A DNA stretch of 64,000 nt from UHGV virus genome UHGV-1380027, one strand, 5' to 3'. Both the position numbers and the translations under genes were made by a program. This document shows positions 31,245-41,035 of the stretch, piece after piece. The DNA comes from a virus. The notes under the pieces are model-generated. The model was not told where the DNA came from. It ran no database searches and saw only the letters and a list, made by a program, of their open reading frames with translations. Within the stretch, counting starts at the first letter, position 1. Every line of letters starts with the position of its first letter.

Positions 31245-32245
31245 TATACCTCCTCAGTTTTGTCAACAACTCCACCCACTGTTTCCCCAAGGCCAAGCTC
31301 TGTAGTGTAATCACCACCTTCTATGGTGCCCTTATGATGGACTGTGATCACCTTATAGAAGCCTGTGTATTGCCTACTTTTAAGATAAATGGTGGACTCT
31401 GGGAGGATAGCCCCGTTAAGACATGTGGTTACAGTAAGACCAACATCCTCTCTCGGGTTTTTCTTTTTCTTCTTACTTGTGCCACCTTTCGCAGCAGCTT
31501 TAGCTTTTCGTTTTTTAGCAGGTTCTGGGTTTTTAGGTGTGGGTGAACCGTGCATCCCAGACTCTGCACTTATTTCAAACACAGAGTCCTTGAACCTTTT
31601 TCCAACCTTGGTCCAATATAAAGCCCCGTCCTGAACGCTAAATGTTGAGTTTGTCAGCCTTGCAAACCTGCGCAGGTTCTCTGCGGTGTTTCCGGAGAAA
31701 GCCATAGAGTATTGCAAAGTTTGGTTTCCAAAACCAACAACCCTCCCTTTTGGCAAGTTCATATCCTTCAGCAGGTCATTAAGCACAGAGTTCAGAGGTG
31801 TACCTTTCTGATAAGATCTTGTGCTTTGGCACTTAATGATGTTCTCAGTGCCATCCCCAAAGATGAACTTAGTTTTTCTGGTCGGGCCTTCCCATCTGTC
31901 CTCAACAAACTCTACAGTTCCAGAGAATATCAACTGGTTCTCATTATCATAGCCAGCCTCAAACATAACTGCAAGAGCATCAGCTTGATGCATATCTAGA
32001 TAGTTAACTGTATCGTCAGACAGGTTGTAAACTGTCACATAGCCTTTGTTTGGCTCTTTGGTATTGTCCTTTTGTATGTCAAACTCTATATTGGCAGCAC
32101 CAGTGTCCGAGCTAATCTCATAAACTCCGGAATCACTTTCTCCTTTCTTTTCAACAGATTTCGGGATATTGGTTTTTGATTTACCACCATGCTCTACAGG
32201 GCGACCAAATAACAATCGCCATGTTCTACGTCTGTACTCTGCCAT
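31244..32245 (-). CDS. tail/baseplate protein with Lys-rich segment
   Basis: 333 aa; contains a poly-Lys stretch (KKRKAKAAAKGGTSKKKKKN); position after tape measure. Confidence 0.3.
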   Translation of the reverse strand: MAEYRRRTWRLLFGRPVEHGGKSKTNIPKSVEKKGESDSGVYEISSDTGAANIEFDIQKDNTKEPNKGYVTVYNLSDDTVNYLDMHQADALAVMFEAGYDNENQLIFSGTVEFVEDRWEGPTRKTKFIFGDGTENIIKCQSTRSYQKGTPLNSVLNDLLKDMNLPKGRVVGFGNQTLQYSMAFSGNTAENLRRFARLTNSTFSVQDGALYWTKVGKRFKDSVFEISAESGMHGSPTPKNPEPAKKRKAKAAAKGGTSKKKKKNPREDVGLTVTTCLNGAILPESTIYLKSRQYTGFYKVITVHHKGTIEGGDYTTELGLGETVGGVVDKTEEV

Positions 32246-32625
32246 TATTCTAACCCTTGCTGTTCCTTGTAAAGATCAACTGGAGTACCGTATACAAGTT
32301 GCAACTCAGATCTTGCTCCAAGGTTGTATCTTCCAACTCTCCCCCAATATTGATCGTCTTTAAACGACAGCGCCATCAATCTACCTTTCGGTAAATCGTC
32401 TCTGTAATGCAGTCCGTCTAGAATATCTTGACAAGCTGTTACTTTTCTGGTTACTAAAGGGCTGTCACCTACCGGACCAAGAGATAACCACCAGGACTCA
32501 TCCCTCTCATTCCATTGCATACGCATTTCATACGTCTCATTGTCTAAAACAACACGCATGGTTTGATCAGGAAAGCCGTCAATGTCCCACACAAAGGTGA
32601 TTATGCACCAATCTTTAAGCTCCAT
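32245..32625 (-). CDS. tail protein
   Basis: 126 aa, overlapping stop/start with neighbour; position between tape measure and baseplate genes. Confidence 0.3.
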   Translation of the reverse strand: MELKDWCIITFVWDIDGFPDQTMRVVLDNETYEMRMQWNERDESWWLSLGPVGDSPLVTRKVTACQDILDGLHYRDDLPKGRLMALSFKDDQYWGRVGRYNLGARSELQLVYGTPVDLYKEQQGLE

Positions 32626-32636
32626 TGCACGCCCCC

Positions 32637-33548
32637 TTATTTTCCGTTAACTTTGTTGTAGTTTCCCTGCTCAGATGGGACTATGGTAGAAGGTCTTCCA
32701 TATTCCTGATAGTACCAATCCGCAGCAGATTGGGTGACACCGTTTTCATCTGTCCACATCATAGATTTGTATGGCTGCCACTCTTCTGCGGCATTTGTGG
32801 ATGCAGTGTCTGCAAATGCCCCTGTGTCCCTCTTGTTACCTACGTTACTGCCATTCTTACAGTCGTTGACAGCACCTTTTTGCTGGGTCTTGCCTACTTT
32901 CTTAGGGTTGCTGTATACAGTTGCATTAACAACCTTGTTCAAGTAGAATGTGCGGAACTCTGTAAGTTCTACATCAAACACCATCGCAGCACCTTCACCA
33001 ACAGACTTGTTGGCAGAAAGGCTGGTTATAATGTAGTTCTCAAGGAGTCTTTCCTCGGTAACCAAAGAAACCAACTGGCGCTTATTAATGATCTCAGTCA
33101 AAGCCTCCAGTGCAGCGCCTGGTCGCATAGATGCTGCAGGATTTTTAGAGTCAGTATTCCTGTCAATGTAGTTTTGCTCATAGATTATATGTGGTGATGT
33201 ATTTACCCTACCAGTAAAAGAAAATACACCATCTTTAATTACAGCGTGGTCTGACAGGGTAGATTTATCTTCCACCGCAAACCCAGTTTTATCAACAGAA
33301 TGTTTGAAAGAGTAGTTCTCAACCTGATCGAAGATAATGGCAAGATCGTTAGTAAAGTTTTTACCCTTCATCTCTATATTGCGACCACCATAGTTAAGAC
33401 CGCTGACAAACATAGTGTACTTTACATCGCTTTCAGTTTGCTGCTCTGCCTTTTCAGCCTTTGGAGATTTAACCTCTTGAGGCTTGTACAGGTCTTTTTC
33501 ATCAACTATATTGCTTGGCATAACCTCTCCAGGACACTCCGATACCAT
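32637..33548 (-). CDS. tail protein (distal tail or DNA-circulation type by position)
   Basis: 303 aa, first gene after the tape measure gene. Confidence 0.3.
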   Translation of the reverse strand: MVSECPGEVMPSNIVDEKDLYKPQEVKSPKAEKAEQQTESDVKYTMFVSGLNYGGRNIEMKGKNFTNDLAIIFDQVENYSFKHSVDKTGFAVEDKSTLSDHAVIKDGVFSFTGRVNTSPHIIYEQNYIDRNTDSKNPAASMRPGAALEALTEIINKRQLVSLVTEERLLENYIITSLSANKSVGEGAAMVFDVELTEFRTFYLNKVVNATVYSNPKKVGKTQQKGAVNDCKNGSNVGNKRDTGAFADTASTNAAEEWQPYKSMMWTDENGVTQSAADWYYQEYGRPSTIVPSEQGNYNKVNGK

Positions 33549-33589
33549 CTAGATATTGTATCATAAAATAGCCGTTTTTACAACACCGA

Positions 33590-33614
33590 TAAAATAAAGG
33601 GGGCCGGAGCCCCC
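33590..33614 (-). terminator. rho-independent terminator after the tape measure gene
   Basis: minus-strand hairpin GGGGGC-TCCG-GCCCCC (33599-33614) followed by TTTATTTTATC. Confidence 0.5.
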
Positions 33615-33627
33615 TATGTGCCGTTTA

Positions 33628-35964
33628 TTACCAAAGATCTGTTGACATAAAGTTAATATCTTTGTTGTTCTCCCACTCAAGTTTTGCATCAATTATTTTG
33701 TTAAACTCGCCCTCATTTATTGAAATAGTGATTTTCCCATCACTGATCTCTAAAGGTAGCATTTCCATAGTTCTTAATTGAGAAGCAAAACCAGGGCCAC
33801 CTGGCAACGGAAGAGTACCGCCAGGTAAGGTGTCCAAAGGATCAACAAACCCGTTACCTCCCGATATGATATCTTTGCGAATCATATCGCTGATAGTATC
33901 CAGTTGCTGATTTCTCTCACTCAGTGGGTTGAAACGGTCATTAAATAACTCTCCGGCGCTCAATATTGTACCGATAATACCCAGCTTACCAAGCAGGCCA
34001 ACTTTACCACCAGGTGTCTTGAGGCCACCTCCACCTTTTCCTGCCGCGCCACCACCACCAGATCCTTCTGCAGTAGCTGCACCTGCTGCTCCAGCTGCGC
34101 CTCTTATAGAGCTAAGGAATTTAAAGGTTTTTACAAGCATAGATGCCATGACAAAACCTTTTGTTAGGGCGTTGACGACCAGCATGATGGCAGCAGCAAA
34201 ACCTGCCCATTTAGCATAACTAAAGGTGTCATGAAGCTCTTCAGAATATTCCTTCGTCTTAGCTGTTATGAATCCCCATTTAATCCCCCATTCAAGGAAA
34301 AACAGGCGGATCTTGACTATGGTATTGTTTAGTTCACCAACTACCAAGTTGAGGCCTCTCACAAACCCGCTAACAAAATCACCAGAGGCATCCCACACAA
34401 ATTGCAAAGTCTCACCAGTGCGAATCAGTGTATAATAGAACTCTGTTAGTTCGTCAGCCCAACGGGTGAACAGTTTCTGACGGGACAGTTCGATGAAGGT
34501 TTTCAGCCTGTTTTCTGCCAGCACGTTAGACTTCTGCATTCTCTCATAACCAGCTGCAGATGCCTCGTTCATGTACTTAGCCACATACTTCATGATCTTG
34601 GCTGTTTTAACCTCGCCTTTCTTCATCATGTCCATGAACTGATCCATGGAGAGTTCAGAAAGACCAAAAGCCTCTTTGGTGGCCTTGATAAAAGGTTCAT
34701 ATGCCCCAGGTAACGCTTCAGCAAGCTGTTGCTTAAGTTCTTCGGACATTACCTGCCCTTTACCGAGCATTTGCTGGATTGCCATAATACCGCGCTGGTA
34801 TTTTACCTCATCAGCACCATAAGCAGCAGCATACTGGGAGTATGCAGAGAATAGCTCATGGACCTCTTGGTTTGTCATCTGGTTTTTGGCGTTTACCGCC
34901 ATCTGGGCGTAACCTTGAAGACCAGATTTGAGATCAAAACCAAGACGCATAGCCTCTTGCTGGACAAACGCAACCTCACTGTTGGCTTTGTTTGGATCTC
35001 CAGTAACAGCAGTAAGAGCAGCACTTGCCCCCTCCATCATGTGACCAGATCTGTTCACAGCAGTAAATCCAGAGAAAGCCGTATACGCAGCTGTTGCATT
35101 AATAACAGATCTACGTAAGTCTCTCATGGCATCGCCTAGTGTAAGCGTTTGGCTGGTGGCGCTTTTAAATCCAGACTGCAGCGCTGACAGGTGGGCGTTA
35201 AAGGTTGACTTTTTCATCTCTCCGCGAGCAAACCTAGACTCTAACTCTGAGTATCCAGGCAAGCTTCCACGGAATCCGGCTCCATACTTGGCAGAAAGTC
35301 TTATTGCAGAGTTGTAGAGGTGGGTTCTCCTTGCCTCACGATCCGACATAAGCCTATTATCCATACCAGCTTTACTGTCCCTTCTTAGCTGTCTATGATA
35401 ACGATTCATAGCTGCTGTCTGAGCTTTCACAAGGTTAGGGTCGGAAGCCACACCACCCATATTAGGGTTACCGGGGATATACTTGAAGGATTTGGCATTA
35501 GCCAAAACTCTTGCCTTAGGTGCCTTATAACCGCCGTAAGACACTGGTGCAGATTTGGCAGCCTTTTTGGCCTCTTTAGCTTGCTGCTGGTAGAACTTAC
35601 GCATCCTAGCCATTTCTGGATTTTTAGCGGTAAGATTACCTACAGCTTGTTTACGTCTCGCGTTCTCCCTACGTTCTATTGCAGCCCTTACTGCAGCCTC
35701 TTTCTTGGCTTGTGTTACGCTCTCCCTGTGCAGTTTAGCATTTGCCTGAGATTGCTGTCTGGCAACCCGCTGCATTGTTTGCTGGGTTTTAACAGCCACT
35801 GCCTGCCATCTACTCATTGGGTTGGCTGAGTTAAAATCCTCGCCCAGTTTCCTGAACTCCCTCCCAATACTGCGAATTTTCTCTACAGCTTTTTTGTAGG
35901 AGGAGTTCTCTATCTCAAAGCCAATCTTGTTGACTGTTGTGGCAACTATTTTGTTTGTAGCCAT
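33628..35964 (-). CDS. tail tape measure protein
   Basis: 778 aa; N-terminal half predicted highly helical and rich in A/K/Q/R, Gly-rich segment, hydrophobic segments near the C-terminus; follows the frameshifted chaperone pair. Confidence 0.75.
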   Translation of the reverse strand: MATNKIVATTVNKIGFEIENSSYKKAVEKIRSIGREFRKLGEDFNSANPMSRWQAVAVKTQQTMQRVARQQSQANAKLHRESVTQAKKEAAVRAAIERRENARRKQAVGNLTAKNPEMARMRKFYQQQAKEAKKAAKSAPVSYGGYKAPKARVLANAKSFKYIPGNPNMGGVASDPNLVKAQTAAMNRYHRQLRRDSKAGMDNRLMSDREARRTHLYNSAIRLSAKYGAGFRGSLPGYSELESRFARGEMKKSTFNAHLSALQSGFKSATSQTLTLGDAMRDLRRSVINATAAYTAFSGFTAVNRSGHMMEGASAALTAVTGDPNKANSEVAFVQQEAMRLGFDLKSGLQGYAQMAVNAKNQMTNQEVHELFSAYSQYAAAYGADEVKYQRGIMAIQQMLGKGQVMSEELKQQLAEALPGAYEPFIKATKEAFGLSELSMDQFMDMMKKGEVKTAKIMKYVAKYMNEASAAGYERMQKSNVLAENRLKTFIELSRQKLFTRWADELTEFYYTLIRTGETLQFVWDASGDFVSGFVRGLNLVVGELNNTIVKIRLFFLEWGIKWGFITAKTKEYSEELHDTFSYAKWAGFAAAIMLVVNALTKGFVMASMLVKTFKFLSSIRGAAGAAGAATAEGSGGGGAAGKGGGGLKTPGGKVGLLGKLGIIGTILSAGELFNDRFNPLSERNQQLDTISDMIRKDIISGGNGFVDPLDTLPGGTLPLPGGPGFASQLRTMEMLPLEISDGKITISINEGEFNKIIDAKLEWENNKDINFMSTDLW

Positions 35965-36018
35965 GCTTTCCTCATAATAAAAAGGGCCAGATCCCAGAAA
36001 AGGAATCCGGCCCTTAGA

Positions 36019-36267
36019 TTATCCTCTCCTGCGCTTAGCTTTCGCAGCAGCTGCGGCAGCCTTCTGCTCCCGCTCCATTTCCCTGTTTTGGACGGTATCT
36101 AGGAATTCTTCGATATCAAGATACTCACAGAGCTTCAGGAAATACGCCATATCTGCAAGATTTAGCGATTCAAAATTTTCCCCTTTGAAATTCTTGAGCA
36201 CCCTGCACCAAAGAAAGTCGAACCAGTTAAGTGAGCTGTTCTTGGCTGCCCACTCACTGGCCCTCAC
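36019..36267 (-). CDS. tail assembly chaperone, -1 frame extension (T part of a G/GT pair)
   Basis: Frame open from 36393 to 36019 in the -1 frame relative to the 36279-36752 gene, overlapping its 3' end; the listed ORF start here is GTG. Confidence 0.5.
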   Translation of the reverse strand: MRASEWAAKNSSLNWFDFLWCRVLKNFKGENFESLNLADMAYFLKLCEYLDIEEFLDTVQNREMEREQKAAAAAAKAKRRRG

Positions 36268-36278
36268 AACAACCTTGC

Positions 36279-36752
36279 TTATTCCTGCTCTTCCGGAGTC
36301 TGATCCAGATTGTTCACCTGCTGGATCATACCCATCTGCTGTAACATCTCCAGAAGGCTTCCTAAACCGTCTTGTGTGAAAAAACAGCCGTAGTTAACCT
36401 CCAGAACCTTACCTGCCAGCTTAATCATCTCCAGCAGATGCCCTGCAAACACAACATCGGGGTTAAGCTTATCCACACCATCCACGGTAATATCTTCGAA
36501 CAAGATTTTAAATAACTCTTCAATAGAGCTATCATCAAGTTCTTGGAACAGGTAAGCCAGGGCTGTAGGAAGTACCTCTGCCATATTCTGACCACCTGAG
36601 AGAATAGATCCGCCGACAGCTCCTAGCGGGACAGCTACAATCTTACCGATTTTAGGCATGTTTTTCATTGCTTTCATCGGTCCCCAGTGGGTGATCACAA
36701 AGTTGTGCCCTGCTAAATCAATCTCTGTTGTAGGTCTAAAGTTTATAGCCAT
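36279..36752 (-). CDS. tail assembly chaperone (G-like)
   Basis: 157 aa directly upstream of the tape measure gene; contains the slippery site and is followed by the -1 frame extension. Confidence 0.55.
   Translation of the reverse strand: MAINFRPTTEIDLAGHNFVITHWGPMKAMKNMPKIGKIVAVPLGAVGGSILSGGQNMAEVLPTALAYLFQELDDSSIEELFKILFEDITVDGVDKLNPDVVFAGHLLEMIKLAGKVLEVNYGCFFTQDGLGSLLEMLQQMGMIQQVNNLDQTPEEQE
36378..36384 (-). promoter_or_regulatory. candidate -1 programmed ribosomal frameshift slippery heptamer (T TTT TTC)
   Basis: Minus strand reads TGT TTT TTC ACA (protein CFFT) in the chaperone frame; heptamer T-TTT-TTC fits X XXY YYZ; the -1 frame stays open to 36019. Confidence 0.45.
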
Positions 36753-36861
36753 TTTATAGCATCCTTATTAGTCATGTTGTGCACCATATTTGTGTATTTT
36801 ACCATGATTATAATGCATTGTCAATTTAACCTTTCAAGCAATCCAAAAAGGTGTGTCAAAA

Positions 36862-36897
36862 CCATAAAAGCAAAAAGCCCCACCCGAAGGTGAGGCT
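36862..36897 (-). terminator. rho-independent terminator after the tube-like gene
   Basis: minus-strand hairpin AGCCTCACC-TTCG-GGTGGGGCT followed by TTTTGCTTTTATGG. Confidence 0.6.
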
Positions 36898-36914
36898 TAT
36901 ACTAAAGTGTGCCC

Positions 36915-37388
36915 TTAGATAATACCTGCAAGACCTGCGAGGCCAGTGAGAGCACCAGTGATGTTGTCACGGTTGAGCCATGCATCCAGAATACCGATAT
37001 CCCAGTCCAGCTGACCTACTTCGGTTCCGTAAGTAAGGTCAGGCTGTTTCTGGATCCAACCGATTGTAGCAATACCGGGGCCCTGGCTACCTTCCAGCAG
37101 AACCGGGAAGAATACAAGACCAGTAATAGATGCCTGTTTCTGCCAGTCAGAAAGGTAGGCGTTCCATACAGAAGTGTTCTGCAAAGACACAGTCATAACA
37201 CCAGATTGGTTACGAGACAGGGCTGCAGACATTTCGCCATCCACACCAACATGAGGGTAGATGTTGTCTTCGTTTCTTGAAACAACGATCTTGGTGTCAG
37301 CAGCGAAGCCAGTGACACGCTGCTGCATCAGGTACAGTTTGACCTTTTTAGGGTCATAAGCATAAGGAGTTAAAATTTGAGTTTCCAT
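36915..37388 (-). CDS. tail tube-like protein
   Basis: 157 aa between the large tail protein and the chaperones, matching sheath-tube-chaperone-tape measure order; followed by a terminator. Confidence 0.45.
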   Translation of the reverse strand: METQILTPYAYDPKKVKLYLMQQRVTGFAADTKIVVSRNEDNIYPHVGVDGEMSAALSRNQSGVMTVSLQNTSVWNAYLSDWQKQASITGLVFFPVLLEGSQGPGIATIGWIQKQPDLTYGTEVGQLDWDIGILDAWLNRDNITGALTGLAGLAGII

Positions 37389-37398
37389 CTAGTCTTCC

Positions 37399-38775
37399 TT
37401 ATTCAGTCATTGCAACAGCATTGGTGGATTTAGAACCAACTTTGTCCAGAAGGACGTTGATCCGGATACGAACGAAGTGCAGGGCGTTGTTATACACCAG
37501 TTCTACTTTCACACCTTCCAGAACACGAGCAGCCAACTGATTGGTTGGGATCTCTGCACGTTTAGGAACTGTGATGATCGGGTCGTAGAACACATTGTTG
37601 TCTTCGTCAAAACCTGTCAGGATCGCGCCATTCTTAATGCCAGTATTGATCGGGTTGTTCATCAGAACAGACTTGATAACCGGAAGATCATCATCAGACA
37701 TCTTCATGCTTAAACCCATATTGGAGCGGCGATGCATGTACCCAAACATGGATTCTTCAGATCTGAACTTGATCCAGTGTGCAAAACGAATAGCGTCTGC
37801 ATACTGACCTGAAGCACACTTACCTTCCCAGAAAGCGCCAACACCGTTAATCATTCTGTAGAAGTTAACGTGGTTTTCCCAAATCGCCATACGCTGAGTT
37901 AAAGTCAGAGATGGTGCAATCACACCGGGCATCTGTTTTAAGTGCAAGCTGTCACCGTAGGACGGATCGTTGGATGCCATAGCACCTATGATACCACCCT
38001 CCGGGAAGTCCTTATCTGCACGAGGATCGTACATGCCAACACTGTCATATTGTGCAGCTTTCAGTTTGGTAGCGATGTTACTATCTTTGCCAGTCACATC
38101 TTCTGCAGTAGAGTAGACGTGCAGCTTGTAGTTGGCCTGAGCCCACTTAGCACATGCTTCAATGTCGGTGTGGTCTTCATGGCACAGGAAGTACCAATTG
38201 TCCCGCTCAGCATTGATCTTATCAACTACTGTAGAAGGTTTTTCAGAATTGGCGATATTCTTGATTGTATAGTTACCAGTATGATAACCAACAGTGCAGT
38301 TACCAGTGATGGTGATAACACCTTCTTCAGCCTCTACAGTGATACCGTCCAAATTATCATCTGCTTCGATTTTAGTCTTCATTGACTCTGCAATCTGAGT
38401 TGCACCTGTTCCACCAGAGATAGGCACTATCAGAGAGGTATTGTAGCCACCTTTTGCAATAGTCATTACGACATCGGTATCGGCTGCGGCAGCAATACCT
38501 TTAAAGTCTACAGTGGTTTTTTCTTTGGCCTGTCTGCCGATCATAACATATTGTGGAGGGAATACACCACCAAAAGCTTTTGCTGCAAACTCATACGCTG
38601 CAGAGCCTTGTGCGAAACCATCTTCCACCATCTGATCCAGCTCAGCATATACGCGAGCTCGCTCAGTAAAGTTGTTGTGGATAGCGATGAACAGGGGAGT
38701 TTCGAAACCTACAGTGTCAATAGGTTGGGTTCCGAGGTTAACTGTAACATCTACCACTTTATCTAAATATGGCAT
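37399..38775 (-). CDS. tail sheath-like / major tail protein
   Basis: 458 aa directly upstream of the tube-like gene; strong RBS; could instead be a large siphovirus-type tube protein. Confidence 0.45.
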   Translation of the reverse strand: MPYLDKVVDVTVNLGTQPIDTVGFETPLFIAIHNNFTERARVYAELDQMVEDGFAQGSAAYEFAAKAFGGVFPPQYVMIGRQAKEKTTVDFKGIAAAADTDVVMTIAKGGYNTSLIVPISGGTGATQIAESMKTKIEADDNLDGITVEAEEGVITITGNCTVGYHTGNYTIKNIANSEKPSTVVDKINAERDNWYFLCHEDHTDIEACAKWAQANYKLHVYSTAEDVTGKDSNIATKLKAAQYDSVGMYDPRADKDFPEGGIIGAMASNDPSYGDSLHLKQMPGVIAPSLTLTQRMAIWENHVNFYRMINGVGAFWEGKCASGQYADAIRFAHWIKFRSEESMFGYMHRRSNMGLSMKMSDDDLPVIKSVLMNNPINTGIKNGAILTGFDEDNNVFYDPIITVPKRAEIPTNQLAARVLEGVKVELVYNNALHFVRIRINVLLDKVGSKSTNAVAMTE

Positions 38776-38847
38776 TTGTTTCCTCTTAATATCTGTGCAC
38801 GGATATCAAACACGCAGTGTAATCATTACACTACACAATTATAACGA

Positions 38848-39399
38848 TTACTGACCACTGTCTGTAACCGCTTTACCAGAATTGGGTGAAGGGAAGTGTG
38901 TGGTTATTTCAGCCTTAATTCCCTGAAGATCCTCAAAAGCCCCAATGTCTGTCTCAACAAACCTTACGTTAAATGTCAGCATTACGGTGGCTCTATTTTC
39001 ATACGTCTGCTTATTCAACGGCACCCTTTGAGGTGAAATTGTTGAATTGTTAGAGTAGGCAAAGCACGATCCCAGAGGGAAATACTTGTCATAAAACATT
39101 GGAAGGTTTATTGCTTGCAATACTCTGCTAAGTGCAGCATATGCCCTGCCGCGATAAGCTGTTAACAGATAAGTGACAGTGTAACTGTGGGTGACGTAAG
39201 CATTACCCTCCGCATCTTGAAACTCATTATCTTCCCAAGTGGTGGGATTGATTGCCAGGGTTTGCAAAAGTACAAACTCACCTTCCGGCTTCGGTATGGT
39301 AGAGCTTTCTGCCAGAACTACAGTTCTTCCTGTGGCAACCTTGACAAGCTTAGCGATGGTTGTTTCAAGATCAGAAAAAACTTTTTCGAAAGCTTCCAT
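38848..39399 (-). CDS. tail completion/terminator-like protein
   Basis: 183 aa between head-completion genes and the major tail gene; position only. Confidence 0.3.
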   Translation of the reverse strand: MEAFEKVFSDLETTIAKLVKVATGRTVVLAESSTIPKPEGEFVLLQTLAINPTTWEDNEFQDAEGNAYVTHSYTVTYLLTAYRGRAYAALSRVLQAINLPMFYDKYFPLGSCFAYSNNSTISPQRVPLNKQTYENRATVMLTFNVRFVETDIGAFEDLQGIKAEITTHFPSPNSGKAVTDSGQ

Positions 39400-39824
39400 C
39401 AGTTTTCTCCTTCAGGCTCTTCTACCACAAAAAATCTGTATCTTCCACCACCAGACGTGACATAAGAATCGCATTTTAAAACGGTAAACCACTTCAGGTC
39501 ACCACGGATGTCAGGCAGTTGAATTTGATCAGCCATTGCATATGTTCCTTCGTCTGGACTATACAACTTGGTTGAGGAGTAAACTGTAAAAGCCTCGTAC
39601 TGTCTGCCACCCTCAGGATTTATCTGGGAGGAGTAATCTTTAGCTGCTCTTCCTGTCAACGGCTGCACAACACACTCTAAGACATCAAACTCTTCATACT
39701 CAAGTTCTAACCCCTCGTTAGCAAAAGGACTGCCAACTGTTTTGTTATACACTCTGTGGCGACCTTTGAATGTTTTACGAGGTATTAGCCTGTTCTTTCC
39801 TATCAGCTTATAACCTGCTGCCAC
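39399..39824 (-). CDS. head-tail joining / neck protein
   Basis: 141 aa; position only. Confidence 0.3.
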   Translation of the reverse strand: MAAGYKLIGKNRLIPRKTFKGRHRVYNKTVGSPFANEGLELEYEEFDVLECVVQPLTGRAAKDYSSQINPEGGRQYEAFTVYSSTKLYSPDEGTYAMADQIQLPDIRGDLKWFTVLKCDSYVTSGGGRYRFFVVEEPEGEN

Positions 39825-39843
39825 TCAACCACCCCCTTATTTT

Positions 39844-40314
39844 TTACTGTCCAATTTTAAAGGTTGCAGATTCAAGCAGCACATCGTAATGCCGCATAGC
39901 CTCGTTGAAGCCCTTCTCTTGTGCCCACTGCTCACTAACAGTAGGGTTACTAAACTGACCAGCCTCAATAACAAACTGGATAGCTTTGGCCCCTGTGTCC
40001 CCCATCTGCCTAAGAACAGCCTCTGCACTTGATCCTCTAGCCATAGCTCTCAACAATTTTTCTGTCAAGGTCTGTAGTTGCGTGCTGTGAAATGCAAAGG
40101 CCGTCTCCATGAAATTGCGAACAGGCAGCCCGTTCCAACCGAAGTTGTGAATAGCTGCCAATGTTGCCATATTTAAGCCTGACGGGTGAGGTTCATCATA
40201 AAAGCCGTAGGTTATTGTTTTGCTTTCAAGTTTCACAAGGTCTTTATAAAAGCGATCTAAACGCTTTAGGTTGAACCTTGTTTGACATTTAACCTTTAGC
40301 ATTATATTCCTCAC
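39844..40314 (-). CDS. head completion / virion morphogenesis protein
   Basis: 156 aa; position only. Confidence 0.3.
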   Translation of the reverse strand: MRNIMLKVKCQTRFNLKRLDRFYKDLVKLESKTITYGFYDEPHPSGLNMATLAAIHNFGWNGLPVRNFMETAFAFHSTQLQTLTEKLLRAMARGSSAEAVLRQMGDTGAKAIQFVIEAGQFSNPTVSEQWAQEKGFNEAMRHYDVLLESATFKIGQ

Positions 40315-40355
40315 TAATGTATTTTACCACAAAGATACATCAAAAGCAACAATTT

Positions 40356-41033
40356 TTAAAAACTGCGTTTGCGTCTTGGGTGGCGAGGAGGTTGATTATT
40401 TAGACCACTAATAGGTGTAATCCCCTGAACATCGAACGGGCCGTTACTGTTTTCATTAAATTTAACCCGAATTCCCTCGTCTACACGAACACCACCGATG
40501 ATAATCATTCTGCTATAAGCATCTAGCTCAGAGTCTACATAATCTGGGTGTGCCAGCAGCCAATCAAGAAAATCTTTCCACTGGGCGTAGGAAGATCCAC
40601 CACGAATCTCTATGGTCTCATCACCTATTTTTTCCAGACGAGAAGTTATACTTGCATTACCACTAGAAACTTCCTGCATCATCAGCCACCGCACAAGCTG
40701 CACAAGCACATTGTACTTAAGCAGGGGTAGCTTATCGGGGTCTGCTGGATAGTTTAGTTTCAGCTTCTCCATGTCAAGGAATGTTTTAATTACCTCGTCA
40801 GGGAGTGTTTCCTCATCAACATTGCCAAGCAATAACCTCATAATATCAATAAGAGGTTGGTCTGGATCAGGTTCCGGAGGCACAGGATCTTCTTTTGGTG
40901 GTTCTTCTGGGGTATCGACTACACCATCATGGTTAGGCGGTGACGGGATAATCTCTTCATCTTCATACCATGCCATTTGAAAATACCTCGTAAAAATAAA
41001 GCCCCATTCCTGATTTGGAAGGGGCCTTAACAA
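40356..41033 (-). CDS. head-tail connector or adaptor-like protein
   Basis: 225 aa with a Pro/Glu-rich N-terminal region; true start may be the internal Met (MAWYEDEE); position only. Confidence 0.3.
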   Translation of the reverse strand: MLRPLPNQEWGFIFTRYFQMAWYEDEEIIPSPPNHDGVVDTPEEPPKEDPVPPEPDPDQPLIDIMRLLLGNVDEETLPDEVIKTFLDMEKLKLNYPADPDKLPLLKYNVLVQLVRWLMMQEVSSGNASITSRLEKIGDETIEIRGGSSYAQWKDFLDWLLAHPDYVDSELDAYSRMIIIGGVRVDEGIRVKFNENSNGPFDVQGITPISGLNNQPPRHPRRKRSF

Positions 41034-41035
41034 AA

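Noticed and set aside
37399-38775. Calling the 458-aa protein a major capsid protein because of its size and strong expression signals
   Set aside because: Gene order places it after the head-completion genes and directly before the tube-like and chaperone genes; the capsid role is better filled by the 335-aa protein that follows scaffold and decoration genes
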